This document shows positions 56,071-64,000 of a stretch of DNA of 64,000 nucleotides, piece by piece. Position 1 is the stretch's first letter, and the number at the start of each line of letters is the position of its first letter. Position numbers and translations under genes: made by a program. This DNA is from an uncultured Bacteroidales bacterium. Its GTDB lineage: Bacteria > Bacillota_I > Bacilli_A > ML615J-28 > CAG-698. The stretch lies in assembly GCA_964411675.1 (NCBI GenBank), contig CAYPLR010000002.1, positions 25,536 to 89,535 on the forward strand, given 5' to 3'. Below the pieces are notes generated by a model. It was not told the DNA's origin. It saw only the letters and a list, made by a program, of their open reading frames with translations, and did not search any database.

Positions 56071-57155
56071 TAAAGGGTAAAGTCGAAGGATTAGATAATC
56101 TAATTAAAAAAGCACTGGAAGATGAAACATTTCCAGGAGCAAACTATTGTTTAATTACTGATAAAGATGAAATCTATGGATGCTTTGGAAAGAAAGCAAT
56201 TTATCCAGAAGTAGAAGAAAATGATATTGATACCTTATATGATATGGCTTCCTGTAGTAAGGTAATCAGCACAACAACTTCGATTATGATGTTATTAGAG
56301 CAAGGTAAATTAAGACTTTATGATTCGGTTAAAAAATATATCCCTCGTTTTCGCTATGATAAGATAACCATATGGGATTTGCTAACTCATTCATCGGGAT
56401 TACCTTCTGATATTATTCGAGCATCTCGATTACAAAGTCGTGAAGAAGCATTGGATAAAATCTTTGATTCGCTATTAATCTACGAAAAAAATACAAAAAT
56501 TGTCTATTCGGATTTAGGATTTATTTTGTTGGGGTTGGTTGTTGAAGAAATCAGTGGAATGAAACTTGATGAGTTTGCTCAAAAAAATGTATTTATCCCA
56601 TTAGAAATGACATCAACAGGCTATAATCCTAAAGATGAAAAAAGATGTGCACCAACAGAAGAACGAAAAGATGATGTATACCATGGGGTTTTACGAGGAA
56701 AAGTCCATGATGAAAAAGCGTATATCCTTGGAGGAGTAGCAGGACATGCTGGACTGTTCTCTTGTGTTAAAGATTTGAGTCATTTTATTAAAATGATTTT
56801 AAATGATGGCGTTTATAAAGGAAAACAAATCTTAAGTAAAGCAACGATTGATTTATTATTTACACCACAAGTAGCCATGAAAAACAGTATCTCTTTAGAT
56901 GACGATACGAGAGGATTGGGATGGATTGTTAGAGGAACTGTATGTTCTGCAGGTGATTTAGCAAGTCCACAAACCATATTACATACAGGCTTTACAGGAA
57001 CTAATATTTTTATTGATCGTATTAACAGGGTTGGTTTTTCTATGCTATCTAATCGTGTTCATCCAACACGGGAGAATGTGAAAATCATACCATTTAGAGG
57101 TATGTTAGGCAATTATATCATAGCTAATTTTGGAGGAAGAAATAATGGAAATTAA
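56067..57155 (+). CDS. beta-lactamase/transpeptidase-fold serine hydrolase (S12-like)
   Basis: SxxK motif MASCSKV, YSDLGF, and HTGFTG. No signal peptide. Start overlaps the upstream stop (ATGA). Confidence 0.7.
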   Translation: MIKGKVEGLDNLIKKALEDETFPGANYCLITDKDEIYGCFGKKAIYPEVEENDIDTLYDMASCSKVISTTTSIMMLLEQGKLRLYDSVKKYIPRFRYDKITIWDLLTHSSGLPSDIIRASRLQSREEALDKIFDSLLIYEKNTKIVYSDLGFILLGLVVEEISGMKLDEFAQKNVFIPLEMTSTGYNPKDEKRCAPTEERKDDVYHGVLRGKVHDEKAYILGGVAGHAGLFSCVKDLSHFIKMILNDGVYKGKQILSKATIDLLFTPQVAMKNSISLDDDTRGLGWIVRGTVCSAGDLASPQTILHTGFTGTNIFIDRINRVGFSMLSNRVHPTRENVKIIPFRGMLGNYIIANFGGRNNGN

Positions 57156-58128
57156 AAGTTTTAATAAGGAAATGGTTAGTGATGTAGTAAAACTATGGAA
57201 TGAGAGTGTTGTACCCTATTCTATATTTGCAGAGTTTACCGATGAAAGCTTCACAGAAAAATTTTTAAACAATCCTTTTTATGATAATGATGGTAGTTGT
57301 GTTGTCTTTGAAAAGGGTAAAATTATTGCTTTTGGTAATGCTACTTATAACAACAATGGCCTAGAACCAGAAAAAACACCAGGATATATTACTTGTATCG
57401 CTGTCGATAAAGATTATTGGCGTCAAGGAATTGGTAGTAAAGTGTTACTTTATCTTGAAACATTCTTAAAAAGCAAGGGGAAAACATTTATTCGTACTTT
57501 TTTCGCAAATCCAATCAACTTAAAATGGTATGTTCCTGGTTATCATAAACACGAACATGCTGGAGCTCCTGCGGTTGAAATCAATAGTCCATTTTACTTT
57601 TTGCTAATGGCCAATGGATATAATACTAATGGCCAACAAGATGCTTATCATGTTGATCTAACAAAATTTAAAATGCCACAAAAGGTATTAGACAAAATCG
57701 CTGAAAATGAAAAAGATGGATATACAATTACTATTTATGATGAGAAAAAGCATCACGGCTTTAATGAGTTGTTTGATGCTTTAGGCAGTGAAGGTTGGAG
57801 ACAAGCAATCAATAATAATCTTGCGAAAGAAAAGCCATTACCAATTTTAATAGTTCAAAAAGATGGAGAAATTCTTGGCTTTACTGGCCCAATTAACAAC
57901 GAACCAAGCGGTAGAGCATATTTAGCGGGTGTAGCAATTCATCCTAAAGCTCAGGCTCGTGGTTTAGGAAAAACGATGTTTTGTTCGTTGTGCCAAGTAT
58001 CCAAAGAAAATGGCTCTACCTTCATGACATTATTTACAGGTTCAGATAACAAAGCGAGAAATATATATCTATATGCAGGATTAAGAGTAATTCGTTCATT
58101 TGCAATTATGAGAAAGGAACTTGTTTAA
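57145..58128 (+). CDS. GNAT-family N-acetyltransferase (tandem GNAT-like domains)
   Basis: Acetyl-CoA motif RQGIGSKVL in the first half and RGLGKTMF in the second half. GGAGGAAG sits 5 nt before ATG 57145. Confidence 0.7.
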   Translation: MEIKSFNKEMVSDVVKLWNESVVPYSIFAEFTDESFTEKFLNNPFYDNDGSCVVFEKGKIIAFGNATYNNNGLEPEKTPGYITCIAVDKDYWRQGIGSKVLLYLETFLKSKGKTFIRTFFANPINLKWYVPGYHKHEHAGAPAVEINSPFYFLLMANGYNTNGQQDAYHVDLTKFKMPQKVLDKIAENEKDGYTITIYDEKKHHGFNELFDALGSEGWRQAINNNLAKEKPLPILIVQKDGEILGFTGPINNEPSGRAYLAGVAIHPKAQARGLGKTMFCSLCQVSKENGSTFMTLFTGSDNKARNIYLYAGLRVIRSFAIMRKELV

Positions 58129-58129
58129 A

Positions 58130-58819
58130 ATGGCAAAAACATTTATGGCAATTGGAGGACATGTTGGTGATATGGAACTAACAGCGGGGTGCGTATTAGC
58201 CCATCAAGCTGTTCACCAAGATAAAATTATCACAGTTGCTCTAACTGCTGGGGAAAGAGGAAACCCCAAAAACATGAGTCAAGCAGATTACCGTGTGCAA
58301 AAAGTAAAAGAAGCACAGGAGTTTGCAGAAATGTTAAATGGTGAAGCAATCGTTCTTGATTATCCGGATGGTGAACTTCCTGATAACGAAGAAGTGAGAT
58401 GGCAAGTAGCCGCTTTAATTAGAAAATATCGACCTAATGTCATATTTACTCATTGGGAAAAAAGCATGCACAAAGACCATGCTACAACAAATAAAATAGT
58501 TGTAGATGCTTCTTTTTGGGCAGGTATCGATGTAGGAAATAAATTAGAAGGAACTCCTTGTTGGGCACCTGTTTATTTTTGTGAAAACTGGGAAGATAGA
58601 GAAGATTTTGATCCTTACATGATTGTTGATTGTAGCGATGGCTATGACTTATGGTGTAAGGCGATTCAAAAACATTGGTTTATTATGAATAGCCCTTCGT
58701 TTAGATATTATGATTATTATACACACTTGACTTATGTGCGAGGAGCATTAGGAAAATATCAACATGCACAGTGCTTCAATGTCAAAGGATATCAAAAATT
58801 TACCAAGGTTACTTTTTAA
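58130..58819 (+). CDS. LmbE/PIG-L-family N-acetylglucosaminyl deacetylase
   Basis: N-terminal AIGGHVGDME (AHxDDE-like) and HxDH block MHKDHATT. Confidence 0.55.
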   Translation: MAKTFMAIGGHVGDMELTAGCVLAHQAVHQDKIITVALTAGERGNPKNMSQADYRVQKVKEAQEFAEMLNGEAIVLDYPDGELPDNEEVRWQVAALIRKYRPNVIFTHWEKSMHKDHATTNKIVVDASFWAGIDVGNKLEGTPCWAPVYFCENWEDREDFDPYMIVDCSDGYDLWCKAIQKHWFIMNSPSFRYYDYYTHLTYVRGALGKYQHAQCFNVKGYQKFTKVTF

Positions 58820-58821
58820 CT

Positions 58822-59760
58822 ATGAAGAATAAACCAAACAAGTTGAAAACGAATGATACCATAGGTTTGGTTTGCCCGGCCTTTAAAAACCCAGATTCCT
58901 CCTCAACAGAAAGAGCAATTGAATATCTTACAAGCAAAGGTTATCGTGTAAAAGTCGGAGAAACTTGCTATGCTAGTGAAGGATACCTAGCGGGAAGTGA
59001 TCAATTACGGGCACAAGATTTGGAAAAAATGTTTCTCGATGATGAAGTGAAAGCAATTATTTGCATGCGCGGTGGTTATGGGGCAAGTCGAATGGTAGAC
59101 TTGATTGATTATGAAAAAATAAAAAACCATCCTAAAACATTTATTGGATATAGTGATATTACTGTATTGCTAAATGCAATTTACCATAAAGCAAAAGTGC
59201 CAACAGTTCATGGAATGGTAGGGTTTGCTTTTGGAACAGAGAAGTTTGCTGGTGAAAGCGAAAACGACTTTTGGAAATTTATACTGGAAAATCAAGAGAA
59301 ACGGGTCTTAAAAGACCCATTAGATCAAACAAAAACCCTAGTAGGAGGGACATGTTGTGGTGAACTTGTTGGTGGTAATTTAAGCTTATTAGCAACAATG
59401 ATCGCTAGCGATTATGGAGCCGATTTCTCAAATAAGATTCTTTTTATTGAAGAAGTCGAAGAGGAACCCTATAAGCTAGATCGATATTTTTCAACTTTAC
59501 GTCTTTCTGGTAAACTTGAAAAAGTAAAAGGATTTGTCTTTGGCTACTTTACAGAGTGTGAACCTTCAGAAAAAAGAAAAGGGACACAGACGTATGTTGA
59601 TCTAATTAAAGAGTATTTTGCTCATTATCAAAAACCTATTATTTATGACTTCCCATCAGGACATTCTTATCCATTCATTAACCTTCCAATTGGTGTTAAA
59701 GTAAAACTAGATGCTGATGAAAGAAGTATAACCATTATGGAAGAATTCTATAAAGAATAA
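58822..59760 (+). CDS. ldcA: LD-carboxypeptidase (S66, muramoyltetrapeptide carboxypeptidase LdcA-like)
   Basis: Catalytic Ser motif FIGYSDITVL, Glu and His (PSGHSYPF) triad context. About 313 aa. Confidence 0.75.
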   Translation: MKNKPNKLKTNDTIGLVCPAFKNPDSSSTERAIEYLTSKGYRVKVGETCYASEGYLAGSDQLRAQDLEKMFLDDEVKAIICMRGGYGASRMVDLIDYEKIKNHPKTFIGYSDITVLLNAIYHKAKVPTVHGMVGFAFGTEKFAGESENDFWKFILENQEKRVLKDPLDQTKTLVGGTCCGELVGGNLSLLATMIASDYGADFSNKILFIEEVEEEPYKLDRYFSTLRLSGKLEKVKGFVFGYFTECEPSEKRKGTQTYVDLIKEYFAHYQKPIIYDFPSGHSYPFINLPIGVKVKLDADERSITIMEEFYKE

Positions 59761-59773
59761 AAAAGGAGAAAGT

Positions 59774-61078
59774 ATGCAAAAAGCACTTAAGAGATTTACA
59801 CTTCCAGGATATGTCACTTATTATGGAACAACCAAAAAGGTTATGATACCTACAGAATATGAAGAAAAAGATGAGGAATTACGAGGAGTATGGTTTTCCA
59901 CTGTTGCTAATATTGACATTCCTCAAATGACTAATCCAGATGAAATTAAGCAATATTTATTGGGAGTTATTCAAAAAGTAAAAGAGTTCAACATGAATAC
60001 TGTTGTCTTTCAAGTTAGACCTATGAATGATGCTTTTTATCCATCAAAACTTAATCCATGGAGTCGTTATATCACAGGAACTGAAGGAAAAGATCCCGGG
60101 TTTGATGTGTTTGGATATTTTGTTGAAGAGGCGAAAAAAGCGGGTATTACAACACATGCTTGGATAAATCCATATCGTGTTACTGGTCAAGAACTGAATA
60201 AAATAAGCAAGACAAAAGAAGAATTCTTAGAAACACTAGATAAGAAAAATTTTGCTCGTAAACATCCTGAATGTGTTATTAAGACATCATTATCAAAACT
60301 AATTCTTGATCCTGCAAACGCTAAAGTTAGAAAGTTTGTTACGGATACGGTATTAGAAATTGCTCAAAACTATGATATAAAAGCTGTCCATATCGATGAT
60401 TATTTTTATCCATATGAACCAATTGCAGATGAAGACGAAGAAAGAAAATTCAAAGAAAGTAAGTTTGATAAACTATCTGATTTCAGAAGAAATAATGTTG
60501 ATAAACTAATTAAAATGATTTCACAAAAGCTAAGAAAACTGGATAAGAAGGTTGAGTTTGGTATTAGTCCTTTTGGTATCTATCGAACGAATTCTAAATT
60601 CTTTGAAAAAGAAGAAGCAGATGAAGCTTCGTGGGACAAAGGTTCTAATAATCATAAAGGTTGCTATAGCTGTTACAAAGGATTATATGCTGATGTATAT
60701 TTGTGGATGAAAAAGAAATGGATTGACTATGTAACACCTCAAAACTACTTTGATTTTAGTAATACTAAAATTGATGAAAAAGGTGAGGAAACTTGTCGAG
60801 TTCGTTATGCTGACTTAGCTAAATGGTGGAGTTGGGTTTCAAAAAAAACAGGGATAAAACTATATATGGGACAAGGATTTTATCGATATTCTGATGAAGG
60901 AGATTGGTCTAATCCAGAAGAAATTATCAATCAATTAAAATTCAATCAGACGTTTCCAAATGTAAAAGGAACTATGTTTTTCACATATAAAAATTTTGTT
61001 GAAGAAAAAGTCCAATCAGCAGTTAAAGCTCGAAAATTATTAAAAGAAATTTGGAAAAATCCAGTAAAAGAAATATAA
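59774..61078 (+). CDS. glycoside-hydrolase-like family 10 (GHL10/YngK-like TIM-barrel) protein, cytoplasmic
   Basis: RGVWFSTVANIDIPQ N-terminal block typical of GHL10. RBS AAAGGAGAAAG. No signal peptide. Confidence 0.55.
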   Translation: MQKALKRFTLPGYVTYYGTTKKVMIPTEYEEKDEELRGVWFSTVANIDIPQMTNPDEIKQYLLGVIQKVKEFNMNTVVFQVRPMNDAFYPSKLNPWSRYITGTEGKDPGFDVFGYFVEEAKKAGITTHAWINPYRVTGQELNKISKTKEEFLETLDKKNFARKHPECVIKTSLSKLILDPANAKVRKFVTDTVLEIAQNYDIKAVHIDDYFYPYEPIADEDEERKFKESKFDKLSDFRRNNVDKLIKMISQKLRKLDKKVEFGISPFGIYRTNSKFFEKEEADEASWDKGSNNHKGCYSCYKGLYADVYLWMKKKWIDYVTPQNYFDFSNTKIDEKGEETCRVRYADLAKWWSWVSKKTGIKLYMGQGFYRYSDEGDWSNPEEIINQLKFNQTFPNVKGTMFFTYKNFVEEKVQSAVKARKLLKEIWKNPVKEI

Positions 61079-61084
61079 AACGAG

Positions 61085-61112
61085 TAGCACTTTTTAGTGC
61101 TACTTTTTAATA
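61085..61112 (+). terminator. rho-independent terminator
   Basis: GTAGCACTttttAGTGCTAC followed by T5AAT. Confidence 0.75.
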
Positions 61113-61218
61113 TAGGAAATAATTGTTAAGATATCTTGTATTTAAAAAAGGTTTCTTAATAAAATGTAATAAAATATATTTGTTAAAACAAAAAACCATA
61201 AATTATTTAAAATTGGTC

Positions 61219-61247
61219 TTGAAAAAAAATCGATTTTATAGTATAAT
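61219..61247 (+). promoter_or_regulatory. sigma-A promoter for the GH20 gene
   Basis: TTGAAA, a 17-nt spacer, then TATAAT. Confidence 0.65.
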
Positions 61248-61312
61248 TGTAGAAACTATTATATGGTTAATTTTTTCCGTTTTGATTAAAAAAATATAAC
61301 TAGGAGAAAGCT

Positions 61313-63190
61313 ATGTATAAGATATACCCTAACGTCAAGAAAATTTCTTTGGGACAAGGAGAGTTTCTTGTAAAAGAAAAATTAACTGTTTTTTTTCAAG
61401 GTGAAAAAGAAAACGTTTTTACCATAACCAAAGAGTTTATTGATGATAAGAAAAAAGTTAATGAAGCAGAAGCTGATATCATTTTCATAAAAGATGAACA
61501 ATTAAGCGAAGAAGCTTACAAGTTAGAAGTCAAAGAAAAGATTTACATTACCTATCAAACAAGAAGGGGAGCACTTTTTGCTCTACAAACATTAAAACAA
61601 ATTGTTAAGCAAGGAAAAACAAAAATAGACTATTTGCAAATATTTGATGAGCCAGATATAAAAATAAGGGGATATATGTTGGATATCAGTCGCGATAAAG
61701 TCCCAAAAATTGCGACAATCAAATCGATCATTTCAAGAATGGCAGAACTAAAGATGAATCATTTTGAATTATATGTGGAAGGATTCTCTTTTGAATATCA
61801 GAGTTTTCACCAATTTTTAGAAGAAGATGGATACATAAGTGTCAAAGAATATCAAGAACTTGAAAATTATGCGAATGATTTAGGAATTGATATGGTACCA
61901 AATCAAAATGGATTTGGTCATATGGCAAAATGGTTAGCAACAGAGGAGTTTAAAGATTTAGCAGAGTGCCCAGAAGGAATTTTCTTATGGGGAAGAAATC
62001 GTGAACCAAGTACATTAAATCCATTGGATTTGCGTTCGCTTGAGCTAATTAGAAAAATGTATTTAGACATGCTACCCTATGCTAAGTCTTCTTATTTTAA
62101 CATGAATTTTGATGAACCTTTTGAATTAGGAAAAGGGAAAAGCAAAGAAGAATGTGAGAAAAAGGGAATTGGCAACGTCTATATTGATTATGTTCTGAAA
62201 GCTTATGAAATAATAAAACAATATCAAAAAACGCCATTAATTTGGGGTGATGTTTTAATTAAACATCCTGACTTATTAGGCCGTTTACCAAAAGATATGA
62301 TTTTTGTTGATTGGGGGTATGATGCAACCCACCCATTTGATAAAAATTTAGGTCTTTTAAAAAAACTTGGAATTTCTTTTATGGCAGCACCAGGTACAAC
62401 AAGCTGGTCGAGTTTTACAGCGCGCAATCGTGATTGGTCAGAAAACATTACTAATGCTTGTTTAGCAGTAAAAAAACATGGTGGAGAAGGTGTTCTCTTA
62501 ACTGATTGGGGAGATTTTGGCCATTTGCAATTCTTACCAATTTCTTATCCAGGGCTTGTTTATATGGGACTATATTCTTGGAGAATGAAAGAAGGAACAT
62601 ACTTAAGTTTAAAAGACTACTTAAACACTTATATTTTCGATGACAAAGCAGAAATTATGGGTGAATGTTTACTAGATCTAGGTAATTACTACCGTTTTGA
62701 AAATGACTATCGTGGCAATGGTGTACCAACATTTTATAATTTTATGTGGGCTAGCCTTGCTAATGGTGAAAAAGATAGTATTCAATATTATATCGACCGG
62801 GTTAAAACAACGTTTTTAAGTGAAAAGAAGTTTGCTTTGATGCAAAGATTTTTGGATTTCAAGGAATTTGAACTTGGATTAACTGAAATGAAATGTAGTG
62901 ATGCTGACTTAATTAAAGCAGAAATGAAGCAAGCGATTCGCTTTATTCGTATGGCACAGAAAGTTAACATCGGTTTAAACAAACAAATTGATATGAATCT
63001 TCGAAAAAAATACTTGGAAGAAATAGTATCTGAAAAGAATAATTTTATAAGTGAACAAAAAAGACTTTGGCATACTAGAAATAAATCGGGGGGATTCAAG
63101 GATAGTATATTCCTTGTAACGGAGTTTATCGACTTTGCTGAAAGCATGTTAGAATTTTTAAATAAAAGAGGTGAAGATTATGAAATCTAA
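61313..63190 (+). CDS. GH20-family beta-N-acetylhexosaminidase-like enzyme (cytoplasmic)
   Basis: GH20 motif IRGYMLDISRDKVP and catalytic D-E pair region NFDEPFE. RBS TAGGAGAAAG. No signal peptide. Confidence 0.7.
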   Translation: MYKIYPNVKKISLGQGEFLVKEKLTVFFQGEKENVFTITKEFIDDKKKVNEAEADIIFIKDEQLSEEAYKLEVKEKIYITYQTRRGALFALQTLKQIVKQGKTKIDYLQIFDEPDIKIRGYMLDISRDKVPKIATIKSIISRMAELKMNHFELYVEGFSFEYQSFHQFLEEDGYISVKEYQELENYANDLGIDMVPNQNGFGHMAKWLATEEFKDLAECPEGIFLWGRNREPSTLNPLDLRSLELIRKMYLDMLPYAKSSYFNMNFDEPFELGKGKSKEECEKKGIGNVYIDYVLKAYEIIKQYQKTPLIWGDVLIKHPDLLGRLPKDMIFVDWGYDATHPFDKNLGLLKKLGISFMAAPGTTSWSSFTARNRDWSENITNACLAVKKHGGEGVLLTDWGDFGHLQFLPISYPGLVYMGLYSWRMKEGTYLSLKDYLNTYIFDDKAEIMGECLLDLGNYYRFENDYRGNGVPTFYNFMWASLANGEKDSIQYYIDRVKTTFLSEKKFALMQRFLDFKEFELGLTEMKCSDADLIKAEMKQAIRFIRMAQKVNIGLNKQIDMNLRKKYLEEIVSEKNNFISEQKRLWHTRNKSGGFKDSIFLVTEFIDFAESMLEFLNKRGEDYEI

Positions 63191-64000
63191 GATTAAATAT
63201 AACCCCGAAGTTACTAAAAAAGTAGTTATATGGCTAATTTTATTAGCGATTGTAGGACTATTTGGTGGTTCAATCGTAAAGAGTTATGAATCAAATCATA
63301 TAACATCTAATTCAAAACTATTGGATGTGGAAATACCATCTGGAAGTTATGAAGATTATCTTAAAGTAAAAGCAGGAATCAATCCCAATCGTTTAGAAGA
63401 ATTCGATTTGGCTGATTATTGGCAATATTTAAGTTTCCCTGAAAATAAAACTATTTATGTAGATGGAAATACAGCAAAAGCTAGTGAAGAAGCTACTGAT
63501 TTTGCTGCTAACTATTTAGTAGATGGCAAAAAAGGTTATTACACAGGAGAAAATGGAACAGCGACTTGGGATGTAAAGAATGTTCCTGAAGCTGGACTTT
63601 ATAACGTGATTATCAACTACTACATGCCACAAGGTGGTGGAAGTAATGCTGAGAGATTAATTAAAATAAATGATGAAGTATTATTCAGCGATTTAAATAA
63701 TATTACTTTTTATCGTGTTTGGGCTGACAAAGGACCCATTGAACAAGACGTTACAGGTAATGATTTAAAACCAACACAAGTAGAAATATTTTCAGAGAGA
63801 ACTAATTATTTACGTGATGAAACAGGATATGTAGCAGAACCGTTTATGATTTATTTCAAAGCAGGTGATAACACAATTTCATTTACATCATTACGAGAAA
63901 ACTTAGTAATTTTTAGCTTTGAAATTGTTTCAGTTAAAACTAGTTTGACCTATGCAGAATATTTAGAAGAAAACCAAGATAAAGCAATAGGTAGCAATCA
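63180..64000 (+). CDS. membrane-anchored extracytoplasmic protein, 3' end outside window
   Basis: GAGGTGA sits 6 nt before ATG 63180. N-terminal TM VVIWLILLAIVGLFGG. Open frame to the window end (>273 aa). Absent from the ORF track because no stop is reached. Confidence 0.55.
   Translation, partial: MKSKIKYNPEVTKKVVIWLILLAIVGLFGGSIVKSYESNHITSNSKLLDVEIPSGSYEDYLKVKAGINPNRLEEFDLADYWQYLSFPENKTIYVDGNTAKASEEATDFAANYLVDGKKGYYTGENGTATWDVKNVPEAGLYNVIINYYMPQGGGSNAERLIKINDEVLFSDLNNITFYRVWADKGPIEQDVTGNDLKPTQVEIFSERTNYLRDETGYVAEPFMIYFKAGDNTISFTSLRENLVIFSFEIVSVKTSLTYAEYLEENQDKAIGSN

Noticed and set aside
1-64000. CRISPR arrays, prophage or transposon content
   Set aside because: No regularly spaced direct repeats were seen. 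No integrase, transposase, recombinase, terminase or capsid-like ORFs are present. The only dispersed repeats are short terminator-like hairpins.

Overview
This is a low-GC (~30 % GC) Bacillota chromosomal segment that is mostly core genome. There are no transposases, integrases, CRISPR arrays or rRNA genes in it. Annotation, in order:

- 3' two-thirds of pyruvate:ferredoxin oxidoreductase
- ECF-type sigma factor with a translationally coupled candidate anti-sigma protein
- ApbE lipoprotein followed by sufCDSUB
- an envelope-polymer module: MBOAT O-acyltransferase, DHHW partner, a P-loop-less ABC pair and an LtaS-family enzyme
- tilS-hpt-ftsH and an S4 protein
- a GH4 glycosidase, a BadF-type sugar kinase and maf
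- on the minus strand, an M42 peptidase, hslO and lysS
- an orphan ZnuA-like substrate-binding protein
- tRNA-Tyr and tRNA-Gln with their own promoter
- a surface LRR lipoprotein with its own promoter and structured leader
- a 1524-aa REC-PAS-GGDEF(degenerate)-EAL-PAS-GGDEF c-di-GMP protein
- a divergent PyrE paralog, a glycerophosphodiester phosphodiesterase and glyA
- a catalytically degenerate aspartase-fold protein
- an inverted-repeat-bounded C-rich non-coding element
- a DppA D-aminopeptidase, YcxB-like membrane paralogs, an RluA-family pseudouridine synthase, a DUF2207-LemA pair and an acyl-ACP thioesterase
- rpmE (L31), tdk, tadA and a short-form SRP RNA with its own promoter and terminator

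The most interesting region is the last 11 kb. A translationally coupled operon runs from dusB through GHL10: dusB, a lysA::M19-dipeptidase apparent fusion, an S12 serine hydrolase, a GNAT, an LmbE-like deacetylase, an LD-carboxypeptidase and a GHL10 protein. A GH20 hexosaminidase with its own promoter and a truncated membrane-anchored protein follow. I read this as a cytoplasmic cell-wall-peptide salvage pathway ending in diaminopimelate decarboxylation to lysine.

The LysA-dipeptidase junction sits on a T5 homopolymer and keeps an intact Shine-Dalgarno before the dipeptidase ATG. It is therefore either a genuine fusion or a 1-nt homopolymer error.
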